23,058 nucleotides of DNA, taken from the NCBI GenBank assembly GCA_035939775.1, contig DASZFO010000357.1:1-23058 (forward strand), written 5' to 3'. The notes beneath the pieces were generated by a model. It saw nothing but the letters and a program-made list of their open reading frames with translations, was not told where the DNA came from and ran no database searches. The first letter of the stretch is position 1. Every line of letters starts with the position of its first letter. Origin of the DNA: Pirellulales bacterium (lineage in GTDB: Bacteria; Planctomycetota; Planctomycetia; Pirellulales; DATAWG01). Below, piece by piece: positions 9,413-15,937 of the stretch. The position numbers were made by a program, and so were the translations under genes.

Positions 9413-9518
9413 GTCTCGCCTGCCGGGCGGGACCTGTCCGGATCGGACTTCGGCGAGTTCAGTCGAGCCGCAAGCCGGACCCACTTGAAAATGAGACGCT
9501 TTCGGCAGAGTAGCGAAC

Positions 9519-9548
9519 TTGGTATCCGTCGCCTTCGCGTGATAGAAT
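9519..9548 (+). promoter_or_regulatory. Sigma-70-like promoter candidate for the antitoxin/PIN operon (TTGGTA-N18-TAGAAT)
   Basis: TTGGTA at 9519-9524 and TAGAAT at 9543-9548, about 77 bp upstream of the antitoxin ATG. Identified by eye only. Confidence 0.35.
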
Positions 9549-9624
9549 TGGTGACGGAGATACTAACCGAACCAAGCCGCATCGAATCATCCCGATCCGA
9601 ATTCAACCGATTGGAAGGGGAATT

Positions 9625-9822
9625 ATGTCCACGGAACACCGAACGACTGACCCGAACTTGCCCCAGGTTCTGGCCGCGATGCCGGCGCAAGCCCCATCGG
9701 TAATTGCATTGCTCGACGAATGGCTGAGGGACGAGTCGGGGTACGACGAAGAAACGTGGCCCGAGCTGAAGGCAGCGATCGACCGGGATCGGCCCTCGGC
9801 ACGGAGGCTCTTTGATGGCTAG
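9625..9822 (+). CDS. Putative antitoxin (small acidic protein) of a type II TA pair
   Basis: 65-aa acidic ORF. Its stop codon overlaps the start of the PIN gene (ATGGCTAG). No recognisable RHH, AbrB or Phd fold. The Trp/acidic-rich segment LLDEWLRDESGYDEETWPELKAAI is notable. Confidence 0.5.
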   Translation: MSTEHRTTDPNLPQVLAAMPAQAPSVIALLDEWLRDESGYDEETWPELKAAIDRDRPSARRLFDG

Positions 9823-10258
9823 AGCGGTGCTGCTCGACACGGGACCACTCGGCATGGTGACTCACCCGCGCCCAAATCGCGACATCGTGGAATGGTTGCG
9901 ATCGTTGCTTAGCGCGGGAGCGACGGTACACGTACCCGAGATCGCCGACTATGAGTTGCGCCGCGAGCTAATCCGGGCCAAACGCATCAAGGGTATCGCG
10001 CGCCTCGACGCGCTCGAAAAACGAATCGGATACATTCCGCTCACAACGGCTGCGATGCGGAAAGCCGCGGAATTCTGGGCCGATGCCCGCAACCGCGGGA
10101 TCCCGACCGCCGACGACAAGGCGCTTGATGCGGATATGATTCTTGCCGCCCAGGCCGTGACGTATCCTCGCACCGCGGGATCAACGGTGATCGCCACCAC
10201 GAACGTCGCTCATTTGTCGCTGTTCGCGGATGCCGAGTCGTGGCAGAACGTGAGCTAA
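9815..10258 (+). CDS. PIN-domain ribonuclease toxin (VapC-like)
   Basis: Conserved acidic residues in PIN order: D (AVLLDTGPL), E (HVPEIADYE), D (KALDADMILAAQA) and a C-terminal TTNVAHL. Overlaps the upstream small ORF by 8 bp, the classic type II TA arrangement. Start is ATG at 9815 or TTG at 9812. Confidence 0.8.
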   Translation: MARAVLLDTGPLGMVTHPRPNRDIVEWLRSLLSAGATVHVPEIADYELRRELIRAKRIKGIARLDALEKRIGYIPLTTAAMRKAAEFWADARNRGIPTADDKALDADMILAAQAVTYPRTAGSTVIATTNVAHLSLFADAESWQNVS

Positions 10259-10594
10259 AATGCGATTCAGTTCACGAAACGAGTTGCATCGCCCTATTTC
10301 TCCTGCGGCTGCCTGACGTATTTGCCTGCCCCGGTCGACATTGAGGCGACGACTTCGGTGTTTAAGCAACTTGAAACAAGAGGCCGCCGCCGCGATCGTT
10401 ATTTTTGGAATTGGCCAAAAACTAAAATAACTAGGCGCCGCTGTTTCTCTTGTTTCGGTGATATGAACTGCCTGCATCACAGAAGTCGCGGCTGAAGCCC
10501 TCAAAACGGGTCAGCGCCGCTCCCAAACCTGGATGGTGTCTTCAGTGCTCGGATTTCCCGTGGCGCTGTTGGAATTCGTCAGCGAAAGACGAGC

Positions 10595-11293
10595 CTACTC
10601 CTGACGTTGCCAATACCCCTTCAGCCCGCGAGCCGTGAGTATGTCTGCGATCGCGCCACCGCGTTTCAGAGTCATCTCCGCCGATACTCCGTCGAAATAG
10701 GCGTTAATGTCGGCCTCCGCCTGCAGACGGTTCAATAGCATCGTCAATACGCTCTGCTGGCCGCGGTCGGCCGCCCAAGACATGGCCGTTTCGTCGATCT
10801 TGTTTCGCGTCTCCATGTCCGCGCCGCGCTTCACAAGGAACTCACACAATTCGAGATAGCCGAGGCCGGCGGCTTCCAACAGGGGCGTACTGCCGAAGTC
10901 GTTGCAGGTATTCACGTCCGCGCCGCGCTCAAGCAGCCACTCCACGGACGGTAGATCGTTCTCGACGACTAGGTAGTGCAGCGCCGTCTCGCCGACGGAA
11001 TTCCTGACATCGATCAGCGTCGGGTCTTGTGCCAGCAACTTCGCGGCAGTGCCTCTGTCGGAATAAGCGGCGTCGCGAATCGCGTAGAAGCGCGGGTCGG
11101 TCCTATTTTTGCTCGCGTCGGCCATGTCCTGTCCTCGCATCCTGCCGCCGCGGTTGGGCGGAGCGCCCTTTTTCGTGAGGTGATCGCAGCCGTCGGAGGC
11201 CTCGTGTTCCGGGGCAGCGCAGGCGATGCACATGCCATTTTCAACGTAAAAGTCCCCGGCGGCGTTCAGAGGATAGCGCTGCGAATGCATCAT
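10595..11293 (-). CDS. Ankyrin-repeat protein with a degenerate ferredoxin-like Cys-rich N-terminus
   Basis: At least three ANK repeats (G-x-TALHYLVVENDLPSVEWLLERGADVN.. / G-x-TPLLEAAGLGYLELCEFLVKRGADME..). The N-terminus FYVENGMCIACAAPEHEASDGCDH resembles a single-cluster 4Fe-4S ferredoxin motif (YV-x-x-x-x-CIxC..AP) with one Cys replaced. Confidence 0.75.
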   Translation of the reverse strand: MMHSQRYPLNAAGDFYVENGMCIACAAPEHEASDGCDHLTKKGAPPNRGGRMRGQDMADASKNRTDPRFYAIRDAAYSDRGTAAKLLAQDPTLIDVRNSVGETALHYLVVENDLPSVEWLLERGADVNTCNDFGSTPLLEAAGLGYLELCEFLVKRGADMETRNKIDETAMSWAADRGQQSVLTMLLNRLQAEADINAYFDGVSAEMTLKRGGAIADILTARGLKGYWQRQE

Positions 11294-11395
11294 AAGTTTC
11301 CCCGGGCCTAACTTGACGTACGCAGCAAGCGGCGCGTTGCCGGACGAATCTTGGAGCTGGTCAGGTCGGAGAACGGAAAGCGGACCAGGATAATC

Positions 11396-11599
11396 TCATG
11401 ACGCGAGAAGCTGGGGATACACGTCATCCTCCGTGTTGTCCCAAACCGAACTCAAGGAGCCCTGGCTCGCCTGCTGCCAAAACGTCTCGTCTCCGGGCGG
11501 CAGAATCGTGACCAGCACGGTCGCCCCGTCGGGCAATTCGGCCGGTTCGGTCAATTCGATCTTCCCATCGTGAATCACGGCCCACAGCGAATTCAGCAT
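11396..11599 (-). CDS. DUF104/'antitoxin family protein'-like small protein (orphan; no adjacent PIN gene)
   Basis: The N-terminus MLNSLWAVIHDGKIELTEPAELPDGATVLVTIL matches the SpoVT/AbrB-like antitoxin motif (AIYENGVLKPLEP..LPEG..V.V). The acidic/aromatic C-terminus FWQQASQGSLSSVWDNTEDDVYPQLL is also typical of the family. Starts 15 bp downstream of the tRNA-like fragment. Confidence 0.55.
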   Translation of the reverse strand: MLNSLWAVIHDGKIELTEPAELPDGATVLVTILPPGDETFWQQASQGSLSSVWDNTEDDVYPQLLAS

Positions 11600-11616
11600 G
11601 ACGACCCCGATCTTAG

Positions 11617-11681
11617 CTCCCCGACAAGGACTCGAACCTTGGACAAGCGGATTAATCCGCCGCGGCGGACTCTACCGACTG
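11617..11681 (-). pseudogene. tRNA-Asn-derived 3' fragment: D-arm remnant, 23-nt double palindrome in place of the anticodon arm, intact T-arm and 3' acceptor strand
   Basis: Minus-strand sequence cagtcggtagag-tccgccgcggcggattaatccgc-ttgtccaaggttcgagtccttgtcggggagc. From 'ttaatccgc' onward it is identical to the intact tRNA-Asn. The anticodon loop lacks 'ctg', and 'ca' is replaced by 'tccgccgcg'. Confidence 0.6.
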
Positions 11682-11931
11682 ATCGTTTCGTCGAGCCACT
11701 CGCGACCCACCCCGGATTTCAGCCAACGCTCGCGGGCCATTGCTTCTTTGCGGCTGGCGAATTCCTCGGTATAAACCAATTTCCAAGGCCCAGCGTCCTT
11801 GGCAGTAAATCGCTTGCCGAATCGATCGGCCGAGTTGTGCCGTTCCAGGCGCCGCGCAACGTCGTTTGTCTGGCCGATATATCGACCGCCGGTCGATTCG
11901 CTGACGAGTACGTAGACGAAGAAACTCAAGG
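11672..11931 (-). CDS. GIY-YIG nuclease family protein (YhbQ/UPF0213-like, ~86 aa)
   Basis: FFVYVLVSESTGGRYIGQTNDVARRLERHN..WKLVYTEEF..EAMARERWLK is a textbook small GIY-YIG (URI) domain. The probable start is TTG at 11931, directly abutting the 3' end of the tRNA-Asn. The track ORF (to 11989) reads through the tRNA T-arm and is an artefact. The TAG stop lies inside the D-arm remnant of the downstream tRNA fragment. Confidence 0.7.
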
Positions 11932-11932
11932 C

Positions 11933-12007
11933 TCCCCGACAAGGACTCGAACCTTGGACAAGCGGATTAACAGTCCGCTGCTCTACCAACTGAGCTATCG
12001 GGGATCA
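11933..12007 (-). tRNA. tRNA-Asn (anticodon GTT)
   Basis: Minus-strand TCCCCGA-TA-GCTC-AGTTGGTA-GAGC-A-GCGGA-CTGTTAA-TCCGC-TTGTC-CAAGG-TTCGAGT-CCTTG-TCGGGGA-G-CC. All stems pair perfectly (U1-A72, as in E. coli tRNA-Asn), with U33 and anticodon GUU. The discriminator and a CC are encoded; the A is not. Confidence 0.85.
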
Positions 12008-12021
12008 AAACTCAAATCGCG

Positions 12022-12068
12022 GATTAATCCGCCGCGGCGGACTCTACCAACTGAGCTATCGGGGATCA
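12022..12068 (-). pseudogene. tRNA-Asn-derived 5' fragment: acceptor 5' strand and D-arm, then the same 23-nt double palindrome; 3' half missing
   Basis: Minus-strand tccccgatagctcagttggtagag-tccgccgcggcggattaatccgc-gatttgag. It matches the intact tRNA for 24 nt, then the palindromic element. No T-arm follows; a 14-bp spacer leads into the intact tRNA-Asn. Confidence 0.6.
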
Positions 12069-12092
12069 GAATCCTCAATTCTAATTACGCCG

Positions 12093-13040
12093 CTAAATCT
12101 CGTCCAGACGCAGTTCGAGACCGGCTTGGAACGATTCGCCGGGCTGGAGGATTCGCAAGCCGGTTTCGAGGCCGCGCTCGCCGAGCGTGAACGCATCCGG
12201 CACGCACGTGTAAGGCTCGATGCAGATCGCCTCGCGGTGCGGCGGGTTGAACACCACGCAATGGCCGAACGACTCGTCGAACACGATCGACAGCCGGCGG
12301 TCGTTCACCGGGTCGAGCAGCCGGCAGAAGACGCGCCCGCTACGAGGCTGCAAATCGGTGAAGATGTCATCGAGATGCGTCTGGCCGAAGAGCATTCCGC
12401 CGCCAACCGCGCGGCCGTCGGTCGCGGGCAGCTTGCGGTCGGTTGGGAGCATCCCCGCGAGTTCCCAATAGCTTTGAGCCGGGACCGTGAGATGGCACTC
12501 GTCGCGCTTGCCGAACGACCCGAGCGGCAGGCGGAAATAGCCGTGCGTGCCCAATCCAAACGGCAGCGGCCGGTCGCCAGGGTTATCGACGGCCAGCGAG
12601 CAGCTCAGCCCGACGTGATGGACCTCGTAACAAACGCGGATGCGAAAATCGGCTGGCCACAGATTCAAGAGGGCGGGATCGTCGTGGGCCGCGTGAAACT
12701 CGCCCGTGACGCTCGATGGGCTTTGCGACACAATTCGCCACGGGCGGTCGTGCACGAAGCCGTGAATGGCGAATCCCAGCCGCTCGTCGATCACTAGCGG
12801 AAACTCGCTGCCATCGAATCGCAGCACCGTGCCGCGCAGCCGCCCGGCGTATGGGCAGAGGATCGGGATGCCGCTGCCCGCCGGCCGCGCGCCGCCGGCT
12901 TCAAAACCGGGGGCCGACCAGAGCAGTTCCACCGGCTCGCCGTCGAGCACTGGCACGTAACTAAAGCAATTGAATCCCAGCTCGGGTAGTAGCCTGGCGA
13001 GCGAGCCGGTCGCTGGATCGACGAGCGTAATCGTTTGCAT
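12093..13040 (-). CDS. Aldose 1-epimerase (galactose mutarotase-like) family protein
   Basis: 315 aa. Motifs typical of PF01263-type beta-sandwich proteins: GIPILCPYAGRL, HG..W, GTHGYF, IEPYTCVPDAF. Family-level call only. Confidence 0.6.
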   Translation of the reverse strand: MQTITLVDPATGSLARLLPELGFNCFSYVPVLDGEPVELLWSAPGFEAGGARPAGSGIPILCPYAGRLRGTVLRFDGSEFPLVIDERLGFAIHGFVHDRPWRIVSQSPSSVTGEFHAAHDDPALLNLWPADFRIRVCYEVHHVGLSCSLAVDNPGDRPLPFGLGTHGYFRLPLGSFGKRDECHLTVPAQSYWELAGMLPTDRKLPATDGRAVGGGMLFGQTHLDDIFTDLQPRSGRVFCRLLDPVNDRRLSIVFDESFGHCVVFNPPHREAICIEPYTCVPDAFTLGERGLETGLRILQPGESFQAGLELRLDEI

Positions 13041-13093
13041 GTCAGAGGTCGGAGAACGAAGTATGAAGGACGAAGACGTGGCGTGAGGCCGAA

Positions 13094-14353
13094 TTACGAA
13101 ATGAATTTAGCGTTGACGGCGATTCCCCTCACCCCGGCCCTCTCCCAGAGGGAGAGGGAGGACGAATTCAAATCGCTTGCGACAATTGCGGACTTTGTAG
13201 GTTCGAGAACGCACTGCCGCGCGCGATGGAGAGTCGCGACCATGAGGAACACGACGGCGGCGAGCAGCATCGCGGTGCGGAAGACGGCCCGCTGCGACAA
13301 TTTGCCAAGGGACGCTGTGCCGACGGACGCCATTGCCAAATGGTGCATCAGCCCGAGGGCCGCGACGACGGATAGCCCGAACAGCGACGTGGCGATCCAA
13401 TCCTCTCCCAGCAATTGATTCTGCACCGCAGTGGGAAGCGCGAACAGAACCCACAACCCAACGGGGATCTGAAACAACGTTGCCACTAGCGCCAAGCGTG
13501 CCGCTCCGCGCACAATCTGTGCGCCGGCATTCTCTTTCGCGTCGGCGGGTGCCCCGCGTTTCTCCTCCCTCACCGCTCGCCCCTCGCCCCTCGCCCCTAG
13601 TCCCGCATCCATTTCTTTCCCAGCCCCCAGCCCCCAGTTCCCTGCCCCCAATAACATCGCCGCTCCCGCCGCCACCGCCGCCGCGGCCAGCCAATGATGC
13701 ACGACTCGCGACATGGTTTCACCGTCGAGCAGCAGCTTCCAATAGAGCGCGCGGTCGAGCGGCAGGTCTTTCAGATCGGGCCGCATCGTGAGCGTCGAGA
13801 TGATCGTGAACAGCGCCGGAAAGTGCCATATCAGGTTCGTGGTCGCCAGCACGGCTAGCCCGCGATGCCACCAGCGATGCCGCCGGAGTCGCTCCCAAAG
13901 CAGGACGTAAGCCGCAATGCACACGACGTAAAACGCCAGTTCCCACGCCACGCCCCACCAACGATAGCTTTGCACTCGGCTGAATGTCTCGCGATAGGCC
14001 GACGATTCGAGCTGCGCGAGCGCGACGACCGCCACCAGCCCCAAACCGATCCCGATCGTCGCCGCGGCCAGCGACCAGGCAGCCAGGCGGCGGCCGATGC
14101 GGCCGGCCAGCGCGTCGCCCAGGCGCGTCTCGCGCCCTTCGAGCCAGATCGCCACCAGCGGCCCGGCCATCGCCAAGTCCACCGCCAGCAGATGGCTGCC
14201 GAGAAAGAGCGTGTGAAACAGGAGGTTCAAAGTGCTAAGTACAAAGTACGAAGTACGAAAGTTTTCGGCTTGGCAGGAACGCCGAGCGGTGATTCTTGCC
14301 TCGCGATCATTCAAGTCGCGCGGGCGCATTATCATCGCATGCCGGGTCGTCAC
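13094..14353 (-). CDS. Polytopic integral membrane protein of unknown function, with a G/E/R-rich cytoplasmic loop
   Basis: At least eight hydrophobic helices. Start is ambiguous: GTG at 14353, ATG at 14335, or ATG at 14170 (MAGPLVAIWLEG.., with GGTGGA 7 nt upstream). A 54-bp gap separates it from the downstream epimerase gene. Confidence 0.5.
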   Translation of the reverse strand: MTTRHAMIMRPRDLNDREARITARRSCQAENFRTSYFVLSTLNLLFHTLFLGSHLLAVDLAMAGPLVAIWLEGRETRLGDALAGRIGRRLAAWSLAAATIGIGLGLVAVVALAQLESSAYRETFSRVQSYRWWGVAWELAFYVVCIAAYVLLWERLRRHRWWHRGLAVLATTNLIWHFPALFTIISTLTMRPDLKDLPLDRALYWKLLLDGETMSRVVHHWLAAAAVAAGAAMLLGAGNWGLGAGKEMDAGLGARGEGRAVREEKRGAPADAKENAGAQIVRGAARLALVATLFQIPVGLWVLFALPTAVQNQLLGEDWIATSLFGLSVVAALGLMHHLAMASVGTASLGKLSQRAVFRTAMLLAAVVFLMVATLHRARQCVLEPTKSAIVASDLNSSSLSLWERAGVRGIAVNAKFIS

Positions 14354-14497
14354 GGAAAAGCCGCCAGCCGGCCGGGATCCAAACTGCGCACCGTCTCGCG
14401 GCGTCTGACTTCACCAGCGCGCTGCGTTTCCGCGGCCACGACGAATCTTGAACGCCACTATGCTATTCGCGACTCGCCGCTCGTCATTGGCGTATAA

Positions 14498-14527
14498 TTG
14501 ACAGCCAATTTCCGCGGCCGTTACGAT
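14498..14527 (+). promoter_or_regulatory. Sigma-70-like promoter for tRNA-Val (TTGACA-N17/18-TTACGAT)
   Basis: Perfect -35 TTGACA at 14498-14503, a 17-18 nt spacer, and a TACGAT -10 ending about 10 nt before tRNA position 1. A TATAAT hexamer directly abuts the -35 on its 5' side. Confidence 0.5.
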
Positions 14528-14537
14528 GGCCGCTGCC

Positions 14538-14611
14538 GGGCGCTTAGCTCAGTTGGTTAGAGCGCTGCCCTTACAAGGCAGAAGTCACAGGTTCGAGTCC
14601 TGTAGCGCCCA
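14538..14611 (+). tRNA. tRNA-Val (anticodon TAC)
   Basis: GGGCGCT-TA-GCTC-AGTTGGTTA-GAGC-G-CTGCC-CTTACAA-GGCAG-AAGTC-ACAGG-TTCGAGT-CCTGT-AGCGCCC-A. All stems pair. CCA is not encoded. Confidence 0.85.
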
Positions 14612-14627
14612 CTCTCAATAAACTGGC

Positions 14628-14660
14628 AACGAAAAAGGCCACCGGAGGTGGCCTCTTCGC
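14628..14660 (-). terminator. Bidirectional intrinsic terminator hairpin (GGCCACC-GGA-GGTGGCC); the U-tail is stronger on the minus strand
   Basis: 7-bp GC stem at 14637-14653. On the minus strand it is followed by TTTTTCGTT. It sits 30-40 nt after the PEP-CTERM gene stop and 25 nt after tRNA-Val. Confidence 0.55.
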
Positions 14661-14693
14661 GTTTAATGCGGCAGAGTTGTCGAACGCCGCGAT

Positions 14694-15479
14694 TCAGCGC
14701 TTGACACTGGCGCGGCGGCGGATCGCGAATAGGCCGCAGCCGGAGCCGATCAGCAGGAGCAGCAAAGTAGACGGCTCGGGAACGGCGGGGCCATAGGCCT
14801 GGGCTGTGCCAGTATCGCCGCCATCCGAAAGACCCACGCCGGTCGGGCGAAAACTCTTGGCGTTCGTAGCAAACCAGATCGTCGACGACGTATCGCTCTC
14901 GGTGCTCGATGACACCAATTCGGTGCCGTTACTGAGGACCTTGAACTGGATGCCGGGGTCGCTGAACGACGGATCGCGGTCGAGGTCATACGGATCGCCG
15001 CTCGCCCAGTTGATCGTCCCCTGCGGCGTGGACGACCCGGTGCCATCCGCGCCGGCATCGGAGATCGTCACTCCAGCCCACGGTTGACTCGGATCGTCGA
15101 TCGTGATCCGCACGATTTCGTTCGGCGACGTCGTGTTGGGCGTATTGGTGAACTTGTAAGCAAAGGCCAAGTTCTTGGAAACCGGGTCCTGAAAGACACT
15201 GCTCGTCACGGTACCCGTGAAGGCGCCGTTTGCGCCGCCTGTAAACAGATACGGGAACGGCGTACTGATCAGCAAGTGCGAATACTGCGCCGGTACGGGA
15301 CCGGCGGTGTAATACGGCGCGGGCAGGACGTTCGGCGGAGTTGTATTCGGCTTATTCAGATTGCCGCCGACCGGAAGCGGCGAGACTCCCCACGAGATCG
15401 ATTGCGATGCCGCAAGGAAGATGATCGCAATGGCGATATTCCGCGCCCAAGGCGCGGGATGATGTGAAAAACGACTCAC
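14694..15479 (-). CDS. PEP-CTERM sorting-domain secreted protein
   Basis: N-terminal signal peptide (IAIAIIFLAASQS). The C-terminus VPEPSTLLLLLIGSGCGLFAIRRRASVKR is a canonical PEP motif plus TM helix plus basic tail. The mature part is Thr/Ser/Gly/Asp-rich. Confidence 0.8.
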   Translation of the reverse strand: MSRFSHHPAPWARNIAIAIIFLAASQSISWGVSPLPVGGNLNKPNTTPPNVLPAPYYTAGPVPAQYSHLLISTPFPYLFTGGANGAFTGTVTSSVFQDPVSKNLAFAYKFTNTPNTTSPNEIVRITIDDPSQPWAGVTISDAGADGTGSSTPQGTINWASGDPYDLDRDPSFSDPGIQFKVLSNGTELVSSSTESDTSSTIWFATNAKSFRPTGVGLSDGGDTGTAQAYGPAVPEPSTLLLLLIGSGCGLFAIRRRASVKR

Positions 15480-15701
15480 GAGCGGCCCTCCCCGAAAAAA
15501 GTTCCAGGTGTCGAATCAGTTGATCGCCTACCGTCGCAAATCGTCCCCGCCCAAGAAACACCGCAGCACGTTCTCATCCCCGCGATCAGGAGGAGTCGTG
15601 CTAAGCGCCCCCAACCACGTGATTTGCAAGTGTTATTGTAATCGTCACAACCGGCAATGCAAGGAGTTTTTGCCTATCTTGCGCAAACTTAACATTAGCA
15701 G

Positions 15702-15784
15702 CGGAGGGCATGGGATTCGAACCCACAACCCCTTTCGGGGCACCTGATTTCGAGTCAGGCCGCTAGCCAGTTCGCTTACCCTCC
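15702..15784 (-). tRNA. tRNA-Ser (anticodon CGA)
   Basis: Minus-strand GGAGGGT-AA-GCG..CCTGA-CTCGAAA-TCAGG-[long variable arm TGCCCCGAAAGGGGTTG]-TGGG-TTCGAAT-CCCA-TGCCCTCC-G. Class II tRNA. The acceptor stem pairs, including a U7-G66 wobble. Confidence 0.8.
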
Positions 15785-15937
15785 GAAGCGGGCTGTCCCG
15801 CGCCGATCCACCTGGAATCCTGAGATCCTATCCGAAAACCGTTTGGAGCGAGGGGGAAAGTCCCCTCTTGTTCCCGACCATCGAGCCGATGGTGCCCGCT
15901 CCACAAAACGGTCCCCGGCGGTTTTGGGATAGGCTCT

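Noticed and set aside
8530-9855. 441-aa minus-strand ORF overlapping flotillin, the intergenic spacer and the antitoxin
   Set aside because: Ala/Ser/Arg-rich, no domains, and opposite to an unambiguous flotillin gene. This is an antisense artefact.
11672-11989. N-terminal 19 codons of the track ORF for the GIY-YIG protein (MVEQRTVNPLVQGSSPCRGA)
   Set aside because: These codons are simply the tRNA-Asn D, anticodon and T arms read in frame from an alternative TTG. The real start is almost certainly the TTG at 11931 or nearby, just after the tRNA 3' end.
11613-12075. Group I intron or tRNA-intron-encoded homing endonuclease interpretation
   Set aside because: The intact tRNA-Asn is contiguous, with no interruption in its anticodon loop, and the GIY-YIG ORF lies outside it. 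There are no P1-P9-like intron structures. A mobile-element or duplication scar fits better than an intron.
11570-12190. 206-aa plus-strand ORF across the tRNA cluster
   Set aside because: It is translated through three tRNA-derived sequences and antisense to the GIY-YIG gene. It is an artefact.
13107-14497. ORFs 13107..13694(-), 13333..13791(+), 13865..14497(+) and 13984..14238(+)
   Set aside because: These are alternative frames or antisense frames of the membrane-protein gene, driven by the G/E/R-rich low-complexity DNA (cgcccct and cagccccca repeats). All are Arg/Pro-rich.
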